Source: an uncultured bacterium (GTDB taxonomy: Bacteria > Bacteroidota > Bacteroidia > Flavobacteriales > Flavobacteriaceae). Taken from it: a stretch of 64,000 bases of DNA. The DNA lies in the NCBI GenBank assembly GCA_964010525.1, contig CAXGIM010000003.1, positions 78,368-142,367 of the forward strand. Reading direction: 5' to 3'. The notes beneath the pieces were generated by a model. It was not told where the DNA came from. It searched no databases and worked only from the letters and a program-made list of their open reading frames with translations. Made by a program: the position numbers and the translations under genes. This document shows, in pieces, positions 19,852 to 30,588 of the stretch (positions are counted from its first letter, which is position 1; each line of letters starts with the position of its first letter).

Positions 19852-20685
19852 TCAAATCTTAAAGGTCATCACGGGGCGCTTGGCATGATGCATAAGGTCC
19901 TCACTTATTGACCCGTTGAAAAAATGCGCCAGCCCTTTTCTGCCATGCGTTCCTATCGCGATGAGGTCTGCATTTATCAACTGTGAAAAATTGAGGATGC
20001 CGCGTTCTATCGTCCTGTCACAATATATAGTGGGCCTGGGCAGTTCCTCCCCCAGTTTTTCGGCAAAAGCCTCATAAGCTTCCATGATTTCCTCGGTGGT
20101 TTGAAAGCTTCCAGGTGTATTGACAAAGAGGAGGTGAACGGTTGATTTTTCCCTTTTGGCTATGGCCAAAGCACTTTTTATGGGGCCTATGTTGTCATCC
20201 TGAAAGTCTGAGGCAAAGACAAAATTGCGCAGTTTGAACTTGGCATGATCCTTCTTGATAATCAACACGGGCACCTTGCTGTTGCGCACCACCTTCTCCG
20301 TACTTGAGCCTATAAAGATGTTTGGCAGTCCATTTTTGCCATGTGAGCCCATGACGATAAGATCTGCCTCATGTTTTTGCACGATGGTATTGATGTCTTC
20401 AAAACCATTGTGAAACTCTGCCTTTTCATACACCTTGATGCCTTCAAGAAAAGGGGATTTCATTAATTTTTCAAACTCCTGGTGGGCGAGTTTCATAAAA
20501 TAGATGGCCTGTGGCAGTTCACTGCGCACCCCTTCATTGACCCCATCTATCATGATGCCGGGCAGCTCGATAAGGTGGAAGAGAAAGATTTCGGCATCGT
20601 ACCTCTTTGCCAGTTTTGCGGCAGCTTTCAGGGCATGGAGGGAGTCTTGAGAAAAGTCTGTGGGCACAAGTATTTTTTTGACCAT
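19852..20685 (-). CDS. Universal stress protein (tandem USP domains)
   Basis: KKILVPTDFS, DLIVMGSHG and IAIGTHGR motifs. ATG at 20685 preferred over the track's 20757. Confidence 0.93.
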   Translation of the reverse strand: MVKKILVPTDFSQDSLHALKAAAKLAKRYDAEIFLFHLIELPGIMIDGVNEGVRSELPQAIYFMKLAHQEFEKLMKSPFLEGIKVYEKAEFHNGFEDINTIVQKHEADLIVMGSHGKNGLPNIFIGSSTEKVVRNSKVPVLIIKKDHAKFKLRNFVFASDFQDDNIGPIKSALAIAKREKSTVHLLFVNTPGSFQTTEEIMEAYEAFAEKLGEELPRPTIYCDRTIERGILNFSQLINADLIAIGTHGRKGLAHFFNGSISEDLMHHAKRPVMTFKI

Positions 20686-20760
20686 GGCAAAAAATTTAAA
20701 AGGTTTATAGAGAAATCTTTCCCTATTAAATTTAAGTAAATATTCGCTTGTTTGCACCCT

Positions 20761-20790
20761 TTTGAAAACCGATAATTATTATTATATTTG
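20761..20790 (+). promoter_or_regulatory. Promoter of rimP-nusA-infB
   Basis: TTTG (20761-20764), an 18-nt spacer, then TATATTTG (20783-20790). Confidence 0.7.
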
Positions 20791-20814
20791 CACCATCAAT
20801 TATAGAAAATCATT

Positions 20815-20840
20815 GAGGGGACGTGGAGTCCCCTCTTTTT
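20815..20840 (+). promoter_or_regulatory. rimP leader terminator-like hairpin (attenuator candidate)
   Basis: GAGGGGAC-GTGGA-GTCCCCTC followed by TTTTT, between the promoter and the rimP start. Confidence 0.65.
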
Positions 20841-20852
20841 ATAGTTTAAGTT

Positions 20853-21314
20853 TTGAGAGAGAAGGTAGAGCAATTGATAGGGCAGGTCCTTGATGAAAAT
20901 CCATCACTGTTCCTTATCAGTCTGGATATCAAGGGCAATAATGAAATCACCGTGGTGATTGATGGTGATGAGGGAGTTACGGTCTCAGACTGTGTGGCCG
21001 TAAGCCGTGGCATAGAGCATAACCTGGATAGGGAAGAAGAGGATTTTTCACTAGAGGTCATGTCTGCCGGTGCGACCGCGCCACTTATAAACCAAAGGCA
21101 ATATAACAAGAACCTGGGCCGCAACTTGGAGGTAAGGACCAAGGATGGCGAGAAGCTAGAAGGTGACCTTGTTGAAATAAACGCGGGCGATATAAAGCTT
21201 GCCTGGAAGACCAGGGAGCCTAAGCCCGTGGGAAAAGGAAAACATACCGTGGAGAAAGAAGCGGTGATCCCTTACGAGAACATTGAGGAAGCAAAAGTGA
21301 AAATAAAATTTTAA
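20853..21314 (+). CDS. rimP: Ribosome maturation factor RimP
   Basis: VVIDGDEGV...DCVAVSR...FSLEVMSAG motifs, upstream of nusA. TTG start, with an in-frame stop just upstream. Confidence 0.93.
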   Translation: MREKVEQLIGQVLDENPSLFLISLDIKGNNEITVVIDGDEGVTVSDCVAVSRGIEHNLDREEEDFSLEVMSAGATAPLINQRQYNKNLGRNLEVRTKDGEKLEGDLVEINAGDIKLAWKTREPKPVGKGKHTVEKEAVIPYENIEEAKVKIKF

Positions 21315-21326
21315 CCATTTAGCATC

Positions 21327-22556
21327 ATGGAAAATATAGCGTTAATCGAATCTTTTTCAGAATTCAAGGATGATAAGCTCATCGACAGGGTTACCTTGAT
21401 GGCGATACTAGAAGAGGTATTCCGCAGCACATTGAAAAAGCGCTTTGGTAGCGATGATAATTTTGATATAATTATCAACCCAGACAAGGGTGACCTTGAG
21501 ATATGGAGAAACAGGATTGTCGTTGCAGATGGCGAGGTTGAAGATGACAACAGTGAGATAAGCCTTACCGCTGCACGCAGGATCGAGCCGGATTTTGAGG
21601 TAGGAGAGGATGTTTCAGAAGAAGTAAAGCTCATCGACCTGGGAAGACGTTCTATTTTGGCTTTGCGCCAAAACCTTATCAGCAAGATTCATGAGCACGA
21701 TAACACAAACCTTTACAAGCAGTTCAAGGAGCTCGAGGGCGAACTGTACAATGCAGAGGTGCACCACATCCGCCACCGTGCCATCATCCTGCTGGATGAT
21801 GAAGGCAACGAGATAATCATGCCCAAGGAAAAACAGATACCGTCAGATTTTTTCCGTAAAGGAGAAAACGTACGTGGCATCATCGAGAGCGTCGAGCTCA
21901 AGGGCAACAAGCCGGCCATTATCATGAGCCGTACATCGCCACTCTTCCTGGAGAAGTTGTTTGAGTCTGAAATACCAGAAGTCTTTGATGGCTTGATAAC
22001 CGTTAAAAAAGTGGTGCGCATCCCCGGTGAGAAGGCTAAGGTTGCCGTAGATAGCTATGATGACCGTATTGACCCCGTGGGTGCCTGTGTGGGCATGAAG
22101 GGTTCAAGGATCCACGGTATCGTCAGGGAGCTGGGCAATGAAAATATAGACGTGATCAATTATACTAATAACCTGCAGTTGTACATCACAAGGGCATTGA
22201 GCCCCGCAAAAATCACTTCCATCAAGATAGATGAAGAGAACAAGACGGCAGAGGTTATGTTAAAGCCAGAAGAAGTTTCAAAGGCAATAGGCCGTGGTGG
22301 TCACAACATCAGGCTTGCCGGTCAACTCTCTGGATATGAAATTGATGTTTTCCGCGAAGGCGTAGAAGAAGATGTTGAGCTTAAGGAGTTTAGCGACGAG
22401 ATTGAGCAATGGGTCATCGATGAGTTTGCTAAAATAGGTCTTGATACTGCAAAAAGTATCCTGGAGCAGGATATAGCTGATCTTGTAAGGAGAACAGACC
22501 TTGAAGAAGAAACAATCGTTGACGTGAGGAATATCCTAAAAGCGGAGTTTGAATAA
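21327..22556 (+). CDS. nusA: Transcription termination/antitermination factor NusA
   Basis: S1 and KH domains (RIPGEKAKVAV, IDPVGACVGMKGSRI, KAIGRGGHNIRLA). Confidence 0.98.
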   Translation: MENIALIESFSEFKDDKLIDRVTLMAILEEVFRSTLKKRFGSDDNFDIIINPDKGDLEIWRNRIVVADGEVEDDNSEISLTAARRIEPDFEVGEDVSEEVKLIDLGRRSILALRQNLISKIHEHDNTNLYKQFKELEGELYNAEVHHIRHRAIILLDDEGNEIIMPKEKQIPSDFFRKGENVRGIIESVELKGNKPAIIMSRTSPLFLEKLFESEIPEVFDGLITVKKVVRIPGEKAKVAVDSYDDRIDPVGACVGMKGSRIHGIVRELGNENIDVINYTNNLQLYITRALSPAKITSIKIDEENKTAEVMLKPEEVSKAIGRGGHNIRLAGQLSGYEIDVFREGVEEDVELKEFSDEIEQWVIDEFAKIGLDTAKSILEQDIADLVRRTDLEEETIVDVRNILKAEFE

Positions 22557-22613
22557 GCGTTAGGATTATACAGGTATTTTAGGTTAATTTTACAGCGAAT
22601 TTTAAAGCAATTT

Positions 22614-25349
22614 ATGGCAGAAGTAAAGAACATGAGATTAAATAAGGTATTGCGTGAACTTAATATTTCACTTGATCGAGCTGTCGATTTCTTGAAAGAA
22701 AAAGGTTATGATATTGAGGCACGCCCTACCACAAAGATCTCAAATGAAGTCTACGACGTTCTCTCAGATGAATTCCAAACTGATGCCACTAAAAAGGTAA
22801 AGAGCAAGGAGGTCGCAAAGGAGAAGGAGAAGGAGAAGGAAGCCTTGAGGATGGCCCGCGAAGAAGAGCAGGAAGAAAAAAGAAAAGGGCATGAGCCCCA
22901 ATCGGTCAATAAAAAAGTGACCCTTGAAGGGCCCAAGACCGTAGGTAAGATAGACCTGGATAAAAAACCTGATGAGCCCGCCAAGAAAATTGAGCCGGCC
23001 AAAGAAGAAACCCCAAAGGCCGAGCCCGTAAAAGATGAACCGGTCAAGGAAGAGCCCAAAAAGGAGGAAACCCCACAGCAGGTTGAAGAAAAACCTGAGC
23101 CGGTAAAACCTGAGCCAGTAAAGGCACAGGCGCCCAGGCCAGAGCCAAAAAAACAGGAGCCACAGGCCAAGAAAGAAGAGCCTAAACTGGGCGATGATGT
23201 CTTAAAAACAGATTATAGAAAACTGGACGGTCCTAACTTCACAGGGAAGAAAATTGACCTTTCGCAGTTCAAAAAACCCGAGAAAAAGAAAAAAGAGGTC
23301 CCTGCCAAGAAAGATGATGCCAATGCAAGAAAGCGCAAGCGCAAGCGTATAAGCAAAGGTCCTGTTCCAGGGGGTGGTAATGGCCCACGTGGAGGAGGAA
23401 ATAACCAACGGGGAAAACGACGCACTGCTCCTAAAGAAGAGCCTAGTGAAGAAGAAGTACAAAAGCAGATCCGTGAGACCCTAGAGAAGCTTCAGGGTAA
23501 ATCAAGCAAGGGTAAAGGTGCTAAGTACCGCCGTGATAAAAGGGATCAACACCGTCAAAAATCTGAAGAAGAACTTGCGCAGCAAGAAGCAGATAGCAAA
23601 GTACTTAAGGTTACCGAGTTTGTGACCGTAAGCGAAGTTGCGACCATGATGAACGTTCCCGTGACACAGGTCATCTCGGCTTGTATGTCCCTGGGCATGA
23701 TGGTAACGATGAACCAGCGGCTTGATGCTGAGACACTTTCCATTGTTGCTGAAGAATTTGGTTATGAAGTTGATTTCATAACAGCTGACCTTGAAGAAGC
23801 GGTCACCGTTGAAGAAGATAAAGAAGAGGACCTTAAATCACGTGCGCCTATTGTTACGGTAATGGGTCACGTTGACCACGGTAAGACATCGCTCCTTGAC
23901 TATGTACGTCAAGAAAACGTGATTGCAGGTGAAAGTGGGGGCATCACCCAGCACATAGGTGCTTATGGTGTGACCCTTGAAAATGGACAAAAAATAGCAT
24001 TCCTGGATACACCGGGTCACGAGGCATTTACCGCCATGCGTGCGCGTGGTGCACAGGTAACTGATATTGCGATAATCGTGGTGGCGGCTGATGATGATGT
24101 AATGCCACAGACCAAAGAGGCCATCTCCCATGCTCAGGCAGCAGGAGTGCCCATAGTGTTTGCAATAAACAAGATTGATAAGCCTACGGCTAATCCTGAT
24201 AAAATCAAGGAACAATTGGCAGCAATGAACCTGCTTGTTGAAGACTGGGGTGGTAAGATACAATCCCATGATATTTCGGCTAAGACAGGTCAAGGTGTCA
24301 AGGAGCTTTTAGAAAAAGTATTGCTTGAAGCAGAATTACTGGAGCTCAAGGCAAACCCTGATAAACTGGCAAACGGTACCGTTGTTGAGGCATTTCTTGA
24401 TAAAGGACGTGGATATGTATCTACCGTACTTGTTGAGGGTGGTACCTTAAAGATAGGAGACTATGTGCTTGCAGGTACTAACAGTGGTAAAATTAAGGCA
24501 ATGCATGATGAGCGTGGCAAGTCTATTAAAGAAGCCGGGCCATCCACACCGGTCTCAATACTGGGCCTTGATGGTGCTCCACAGGCAGGTGACAAGTTCT
24601 ATGCGATGGAAGATGAGCGTGAGGCAAAAGATATTGCGTCAAAACGTACCCAGCTGCAGCGCGAACAATCTGTAAGGACACAGCGCCACATCACGCTTGA
24701 TGAAATAGGCAGGCGTATCGCCCTGGGCGAGTTCAAAGAATTGAACATCATCCTTAAAGGGGATGTTGATGGATCTGTTGAGGCACTTACTGATAGTTTC
24801 CAGAAACTTTCAACCGAGGAGATTGCGGTAAACATCATCCACAAGGGTGTGGGGGCCATAACAGAGAGCGACGTGCTTCTGGCCTCAGCCTCTGATGCGA
24901 TTATTATAGGATTCAATGTGCGCCCTGCAGGTAATGCCCGTCAGGTAGCAGATAAGGAAGAAATAGACATCCGTACATACTCCATCATTTATGATGCGAT
25001 CAATGACCTCAAGGATGCGATGGAGGGTATGCTGTCTCCAGAGATGAAAGAGGAGGTGACAGGTACCGCGGAAATCAGGGAAACCTTCAAGATTTCTAAA
25101 GTTGGTACCATAGCAGGTTGTATGGTGATGAACGGTAAGATATTCAGGAACTCTGGCATACGTTTGATACGTGACGGGGTCGTGATCTACACTGGCGAGC
25201 TGGCATCCCTTAAACGATTCAAGGATGATGTCAAAGAGGTGAGCAAGGGATATGATTGTGGTATCCAAGTCAAAAACTACAATGATATACAGGTTGATGA
25301 TATCATCGAGGCGTACCAAGAAGTTGCGGTCAAGAAAAAGCTTAAATAA
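22614..25349 (+). CDS. infB: Translation initiation factor IF-2
   Basis: G-domain motifs [21 protein letters not shown] and NKID. Confidence 0.99.
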   Translation: MAEVKNMRLNKVLRELNISLDRAVDFLKEKGYDIEARPTTKISNEVYDVLSDEFQTDATKKVKSKEVAKEKEKEKEALRMAREEEQEEKRKGHEPQSVNKKVTLEGPKTVGKIDLDKKPDEPAKKIEPAKEETPKAEPVKDEPVKEEPKKEETPQQVEEKPEPVKPEPVKAQAPRPEPKKQEPQAKKEEPKLGDDVLKTDYRKLDGPNFTGKKIDLSQFKKPEKKKKEVPAKKDDANARKRKRKRISKGPVPGGGNGPRGGGNNQRGKRRTAPKEEPSEEEVQKQIRETLEKLQGKSSKGKGAKYRRDKRDQHRQKSEEELAQQEADSKVLKVTEFVTVSEVATMMNVPVTQVISACMSLGMMVTMNQRLDAETLSIVAEEFGYEVDFITADLEEAVTVEEDKEEDLKSRAPIVTVMGHVDHGKTSLLDYVRQENVIAGESGGITQHIGAYGVTLENGQKIAFLDTPGHEAFTAMRARGAQVTDIAIIVVAADDDVMPQTKEAISHAQAAGVPIVFAINKIDKPTANPDKIKEQLAAMNLLVEDWGGKIQSHDISAKTGQGVKELLEKVLLEAELLELKANPDKLANGTVVEAFLDKGRGYVSTVLVEGGTLKIGDYVLAGTNSGKIKAMHDERGKSIKEAGPSTPVSILGLDGAPQAGDKFYAMEDEREAKDIASKRTQLQREQSVRTQRHITLDEIGRRIALGEFKELNIILKGDVDGSVEALTDSFQKLSTEEIAVNIIHKGVGAITESDVLLASASDAIIIGFNVRPAGNARQVADKEEIDIRTYSIIYDAINDLKDAMEGMLSPEMKEEVTGTAEIRETFKISKVGTIAGCMVMNGKIFRNSGIRLIRDGVVIYTGELASLKRFKDDVKEVSKGYDCGIQVKNYNDIQVDDIIEAYQEVAVKKKLK

Positions 25350-25370
25350 CAAGCGATACCGTCTCATATA

Positions 25371-25404
25371 AAAAAAGCTCCCCGCCATGGCGGGGAGCTT
25401 TTTT
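25371..25404. terminator. Bidirectional intrinsic terminator (perfect 34-bp palindrome)
   Basis: AAAAAAGCTCCCCGCCA|TGGCGGGGAGCTTTTTT between convergent infB and the SPOR gene. Confidence 0.88.
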
Positions 25405-25411
25405 GTTTTCA

Positions 25412-25428
25412 TTTCGCTTTAAGCGAAA
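25412..25428. repeat. Mini-hairpin motif copy (TTTCGCT-TTA-AGCGAAA)
   Basis: Identical 17-mer to 56884-56900. Confidence 0.65.
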
Positions 25429-25430
25429 AA

Positions 25431-25811
25431 TCATTTTTTAGGCTTCAGTACAAACGCATCTGGAAACACTTTTTTAATGCGTAATAATGCCCTGTCTGCT
25501 TCCAGTCTATTTCTAAAATTACCTATCCATACCTTGTAGTTGTTCTCGTATTCAATCGTTCCTTCCCACTCGCCTATTTTTGATTTGTAGGTGCTGAGGA
25601 CCTGGTTTGCCTGGCTCAGGCTCTGGCCGTATCCCATAATCTGTATTTTGTACCTGTCGCCCAGTTCATTGTTTATAGTCATTTGATTCTTAAGCTCTAG
25701 CAGTGCTGGGATGCGGTCATCTTGAATGACGTTGACCTGGGCTTGCTGGGCTTGCGCCGAAAGAAAAATTCCACCGGAAAAAACGAGGAAAAAGAGGCAA
25801 TTAAGTTTCAT
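25431..25811 (-). CDS. SPOR domain-containing protein
   Basis: Signal peptide, then YKIQI...YKVWIGNFRNRLEADRALLRIKKVFPDAFV. Confidence 0.85.
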   Translation of the reverse strand: MKLNCLFFLVFSGGIFLSAQAQQAQVNVIQDDRIPALLELKNQMTINNELGDRYKIQIMGYGQSLSQANQVLSTYKSKIGEWEGTIEYENNYKVWIGNFRNRLEADRALLRIKKVFPDAFVLKPKK

Positions 25812-25945
25812 AAAAAATGAAAGTTTTTGAGTGTGAGTGTAAATGTAAAAGTAATAACTAAAATGTGCGTCAAAATATTATTTAGAACTGATATAAATTA
25901 TGTTTTAACGGAATGCTAACACTTCAAAATTCCACTTCTAAGTGT

Positions 25946-25953
25946 TACTTTTG
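25946..25953 (+). promoter_or_regulatory. -7 promoter element for the act/cta operon
   Basis: TACTTTTG matches TAnnTTTG, 88 nt upstream of actA. Confidence 0.55.
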
Positions 25954-26041
25954 CCATCAAATTTGCCAGCACCTATCATGCAATATGAAGAGTGAATTCG
26001 ATGCTGAGGGGTGATGGGATAGCTAGATAATCCACCAGATT

Positions 26042-27397
26042 ATGAAACAGGTGAAATACCTTAAATCAACTTCAAGAATTACTTTTTTTGGACTGGCGTT
26101 CTGCCTTTCCTTTTTCAATTTGACATTTGCGCAAGATGCAGGGGCTGATGCCCAGGCAGATGCTCAGCAAGAGGTGGCTACTGATGCTCCTGTGACCGCT
26201 GGTGCTGATGCTGCCGCCGGTGAGGCGCTCTTCAAGGCAAACTGTGCCGCATGTCACAAGTTGTATTCTAAAGCTACGGGCCCAGCGCTGTATGATGTTA
26301 CCAGCCGTCATGATAGGCAATGGTTGTATAACTGGATTCACGATAGCCAGGGCATGGTCAAGGCAGGAGACCCCAATGCGGTTGCTTTGTTCAATGAGAA
26401 CAACAACCAGGTGATGACTCCTTTTCCTCAATTGAGCGAGGCAGATATTGACAATATTCTTGCGTATACAGATACTCCAAAACCTGAGCCGGTTGCTCCT
26501 GTTCCGGGGGCTGGAGGTGGAGGTTCTGGATCGGGTTCTGGTGCTTCAACTAATTTGATTCTGGGTGGCCTTGTGCTAGTTTTCTTGATGCTGGTAACGG
26601 TATTGTTCTTGGTGAACAAGACGCTGCGCAGGTTTGCGACAGAGCAAGGTGTTGAGCTTCCTGTAAAAGAAAAGGGAACTCCTATATGGAAAGCATTTGT
26701 TCAAAACCAGTTCTTGGTTTTGGTATCCGTGATTGTGCTTGTTTTGGGAGGGGCTTACTTTGCATACGGTTTCTTGATGCAGGTAGGGGTTGACCAGGGG
26801 TATGAGCCCATACAGCCCATACATTATTCACATAGAATCCATGCGGGTGATAACCAGATAGAGTGTAAATACTGCCACTCTTCTGCGAGGACAAGTAAGA
26901 CATCGGGCATACCTACCCTCAACGTGTGTATGAACTGCCACAAAACAGTTTCAGAGGTTGCTGATCAAACTTCTAAGTTTACCTCGGTTACTGAAGATTA
27001 CTCAAAAGAGTTTTATGATAAAGAAATTCAAAAACTGTATAAGGCCGTGGGCTGGGATCAAGCCACGCAATCTTACACAAGGGAGACGCATCCTGTAAAA
27101 TGGGTGAGGATCCATAACCTTCCAGACTTTGTTTACTTTAACCACTCTCAGCACGTATCAGTTGCCGGGGTGCAGTGTCAAACTTGTCACGGTCCTATCG
27201 AGGAGATGGAAATCGTGCATCAAGAAGCGCCGCTTACCATGGGATGGTGCATCAACTGCCACCGTGAGACCAATGTGGTGATGGAAGGCAATGAGTATTA
27301 TGAAAAAATCCACGATGAGCTTGCCAAGAAATATGATGTAGAGCAGCTTACCATTGCACAAATGGGAGGTATAGAGTGTGGTAAGTGTCACTATTAA
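26042..27397 (+). CDS. actA: Alternative complex III multiheme cytochrome c subunit ActA
   Basis: N-terminal CAACH monoheme domain, TM helices, then five more CxxCH motifs (CKYCH, CMNCH, CQTCH, CINCH, CGKCH). Confidence 0.9.
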   Translation: MKQVKYLKSTSRITFFGLAFCLSFFNLTFAQDAGADAQADAQQEVATDAPVTAGADAAAGEALFKANCAACHKLYSKATGPALYDVTSRHDRQWLYNWIHDSQGMVKAGDPNAVALFNENNNQVMTPFPQLSEADIDNILAYTDTPKPEPVAPVPGAGGGGSGSGSGASTNLILGGLVLVFLMLVTVLFLVNKTLRRFATEQGVELPVKEKGTPIWKAFVQNQFLVLVSVIVLVLGGAYFAYGFLMQVGVDQGYEPIQPIHYSHRIHAGDNQIECKYCHSSARTSKTSGIPTLNVCMNCHKTVSEVADQTSKFTSVTEDYSKEFYDKEIQKLYKAVGWDQATQSYTRETHPVKWVRIHNLPDFVYFNHSQHVSVAGVQCQTCHGPIEEMEIVHQEAPLTMGWCINCHRETNVVMEGNEYYEKIHDELAKKYDVEQLTIAQMGGIECGKCHY

Positions 27398-27453
27398 TAA
27401 AAAGTCAATCAGGCCCTGCGGCTAGATTTTTAGAATAAACAAGAATAATATAT

Positions 27454-30400
27454 ATGTCATCAAGCAAGAAATACTGGAAAAGTGTTGAAGAGCTAAAGCA
27501 GGACAGTCCTATTGTCAAGAAGCTTAGAGACAACGAGTTTGTAGAAGACATTCCCGTAGATGAGTTTTTGGGCAATAAAGAAGCGCTTCAGGATTCATCT
27601 ACTTCTCGACGTGATTTCCTTAAGTATGTTGGTTTTTCAACTGCGGCAGCAACACTTGCAGCTTGTGAAGGACCTGTAATCAATGCTATTCCTTACGTTG
27701 TTGCCCCAGAGCGTATGACCGTGGGTGTTGCAGACTATTATGCGACCACCATTGCTGATGGATTTGACTTTGCGAGCATACTTGTAAAGACACGTGAGGG
27801 CCGCCCCATTAAAATAGAGAACAACAGGCTTGCAGGTGCGGTAGGAAATGGTAATGCCAGGGTACATGCCTCGGTATTGTCAATGTATGACATTAAGAGG
27901 TTGCAAGGTCCCAAGATTGCTGGAGAATCTGCATCCTGGTCTCAACTTGATGATGAAGTGGGCACTGCATTGCAAGGCCTGGGAGGAAAGGAGATAGTAT
28001 TGCTTACGCAAACTTTTGCCAGCCCCTCGACAACAAAGTTGATAAATGAGTTCAGTGCTGCTTATCCTAATGTGCGCCATGTAATCTATGACGCTGTTAG
28101 CGAAAGCGCCGCGCTTGATGCCTTTGAAAATAAATATGGCACAAGGGCACTTCCTGACTATGATTTCGCGAAAGCCGAAGTAATAATATCTGTGGCTGCT
28201 GATTTCTTGGGCGACTGGCAAGGTGGAGGGTTTGACTCTGGCTATGCTAAAGGTCGCGTTCCTGCCGAAGGAAAGATGTCACGCCACGTACACTTTGAGT
28301 CTAACATGAGCCTTACCGGTGCAAATGCTGATAAGCGCGTGCCCATGACTCCCAGTGAGCAAAAAGAAACCGTAAGGGCCATCCACTCTGCATTAGTGGG
28401 TGGAGGTTCTGCAAATCTTCCCGAAGACAAGAAAAAAGCTGTTGACCAGGCTGTTGCCCAATTGCGCAAGGCAGGTAGCAAAGGTGTCTTTGTAACAGGT
28501 CTTCAAGATGTGAACGCCCAGGTGCTCGCCCTTGAAATCAACGCCAGGCTGGGAAGTGAGGCAATGGATACCGCAGCTCCTAAAATGACCCGTCAAGGTG
28601 ATGCCGCTGAAGTGCTTCAGCTTGTGGAAGATATGGGGTCTGGACGGGTAGGTGCACTGTTGATCGCCGGGGTGAACCCAGCATATAGCTTGCCCAATGC
28701 CGAAGCGTTCAAGACCGCTCTTGAGGGTATTGATGTGACCGTTAATTTTGCGATGAAGGAAGATGAAACCGCATCGCTTTGTAAATATTTGGCTCCTGCT
28801 CCTCATTACCTGGAGTCTTGGGGTGATGTTGAGATTAAAAAAGGTGAAGTGTGCTTGACACAGCCTACCATCAGGCCCTTGTTTGACACACGCCAGTTTC
28901 AAGATACATTGTTAAAGTGGACTGGCAATAGCCAATCTTATCATGATTACTTAAAAAATAGCTGGAGCAATGGTTCTGTAAGTTGGAATCAAGCACTGCA
29001 TGATGGTGTGGCAAAAGGAGCTGTTTCCACTGACGTGGAAATGGATATGTCTGCAACTGAAGCTGACATTCAATCCAGCATCACGCCCTCTGAAGCCATT
29101 ACAGCGGTAAGTGCTGCGGCAGCATTGGTTCAAGAAGGCAACGCTTCTAACGGAGGCTTTGAGCTTATGCTTTATACCAAGACTTCCATGGGTGATGGTG
29201 GTCAAGCCAATAACCCCTGGCTGCAGGAACTTCCAGATCCTATCACAAGGACATCTTGGGATAATTACCTTACGATGTCTAAAAAGGATGCTGACCGTCT
29301 GGGAATTGAAAACAAGCACGTGTCTAATGGGGCACTCAATGGTCATAAGGTTAATGTGACCTTGGGCGACGTTACCATAAAGGACGTACCCGTGATCATT
29401 CAGCCGGGTCAGGCAGTGGGTTCTGTAGGACTTGCTTTAGGTTTTGGAAGAAAAGAAGCCGTTCAGGAAGAAATGCAGACCGGTGTAAACGCCTTCCCGT
29501 TGTACAAAGACTTCAACAATGTGCAGAACGTGCAGATTGAGAAGGCTTCTGGATGGCATGAGTTTGCCTGTGTGCAATTGCAGAATACCATGGTGGGCCG
29601 TAGTGAAGACATCATAAAGGAAACCACGCTTGAGATATTCAATACTAAAGATAAACATTTCTGGAACCCCGTTCCAGAAACAGACTATAACCACGGTGAG
29701 ATCGAGGTCAGGGAGGCTGATGCAGATATTTGGGAACCCTTTGACAATACAATAGGTCCCCACTTCAACCTTTCTATAGACCTTAATGCATGTACCGGTT
29801 GTGGTGCTTGCGTCATCGCTTGCCACTCTGAGAACAATGTACCTGTCGTGGGTAAGGAAGAAGTGCGCAAATTCAGGGATATGCACTGGTTGAGGATTGA
29901 CCGTTACTACTCTTCTGGAGATACCTTTAATGAAGAAATCGAGAAGCTTGAAAACCTTCCTGCTTTTGACTCATACAAGGCCGTTGAGACTGAGTCATTT
30001 GACAATCCAGAGGTTGCATTTCAACCTGTGATGTGTCAACATTGTAACCATGCCCCATGTGAAACGGTCTGTCCCGTTGCCGCTATAGGCCATGGCCGTC
30101 AAGGTCAAAACCAAATGACCTATAACCGTTGTGTGGGAACCCGCTACTGTGCAAACAACTGCCCTTACAAGGTGCGTCGTTTCAACTGGTTCTTGTATAG
30201 CGAGAATGATGAGTTTGATTATAACATGAACAATGACCTGGGCCGTATGGTATTGAACCCTGATGTGGTTGTACGTTCTCGTGGTGTCATGGAAAAATGT
30301 TCTATGTGTATCCAGATGACGCAAAAAACCATCCTTGATGCTAAGAGGGATGGCCGCGCGATCAAAGATGGTGAGTTTGCAACGGCATGTAGCAATGCTT

Positions 30401-30558
30401 GTGGGACCGGCGCCATCAAATTTGGTGATATCAATGATAAAGAAAGTGAGATACTGGCGCTTAAAAATGATAAGCGTAGCTATTATATGTTAGAGAGTGT
30501 GGGTACAAAACCTAATGTGGTGTATCAGGTAAAAGTGAAAAACACACAAGAAGCGTAA
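27454..30558 (+). CDS. actB: Alternative complex III ActB (TAT-variant molybdopterin-oxidoreductase-like domain + Fe-S domain)
   Basis: Internal SRRDFLK...AAC TAT-lipoprotein signal. Fe-S motifs CTGCGAC...C, CQHC...PCETVCP, CVGTRYCANNCPY and KCSMC...C. Confidence 0.93.
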   Translation: MSSSKKYWKSVEELKQDSPIVKKLRDNEFVEDIPVDEFLGNKEALQDSSTSRRDFLKYVGFSTAAATLAACEGPVINAIPYVVAPERMTVGVADYYATTIADGFDFASILVKTREGRPIKIENNRLAGAVGNGNARVHASVLSMYDIKRLQGPKIAGESASWSQLDDEVGTALQGLGGKEIVLLTQTFASPSTTKLINEFSAAYPNVRHVIYDAVSESAALDAFENKYGTRALPDYDFAKAEVIISVAADFLGDWQGGGFDSGYAKGRVPAEGKMSRHVHFESNMSLTGANADKRVPMTPSEQKETVRAIHSALVGGGSANLPEDKKKAVDQAVAQLRKAGSKGVFVTGLQDVNAQVLALEINARLGSEAMDTAAPKMTRQGDAAEVLQLVEDMGSGRVGALLIAGVNPAYSLPNAEAFKTALEGIDVTVNFAMKEDETASLCKYLAPAPHYLESWGDVEIKKGEVCLTQPTIRPLFDTRQFQDTLLKWTGNSQSYHDYLKNSWSNGSVSWNQALHDGVAKGAVSTDVEMDMSATEADIQSSITPSEAITAVSAAAALVQEGNASNGGFELMLYTKTSMGDGGQANNPWLQELPDPITRTSWDNYLTMSKKDADRLGIENKHVSNGALNGHKVNVTLGDVTIKDVPVIIQPGQAVGSVGLALGFGRKEAVQEEMQTGVNAFPLYKDFNNVQNVQIEKASGWHEFACVQLQNTMVGRSEDIIKETTLEIFNTKDKHFWNPVPETDYNHGEIEVREADADIWEPFDNTIGPHFNLSIDLNACTGCGACVIACHSENNVPVVGKEEVRKFRDMHWLRIDRYYSSGDTFNEEIEKLENLPAFDSYKAVETESFDNPEVAFQPVMCQHCNHAPCETVCPVAAIGHGRQGQNQMTYNRCVGTRYCANNCPYKVRRFNWFLYSENDEFDYNMNNDLGRMVLNPDVVVRSRGVMEKCSMCIQMTQKTILDAKRDGRAIKDGEFATACSNACGTGAIKFGDINDKESEILALKNDKRSYYMLESVGTKPNVVYQVKVKNTQEA

Positions 30559-30588
30559 ATTTTTTTAAATAAATTATTAAGAAATAAT

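Noticed and set aside
22818-22841. (AAGGAG)n hexamer repeat in infB
   Set aside because: Encodes KEKEKEKE in the low-complexity IF-2 linker; in frame and too short to imply phase variation.
25954-26017. Stem in the act operon leader (CCATCA/TGATGG and CAGCA/TGCTG)
   Set aside because: The outer 5' arm abuts the -7 box and is probably not fully transcribed; the remaining pairing is short enough to be chance.
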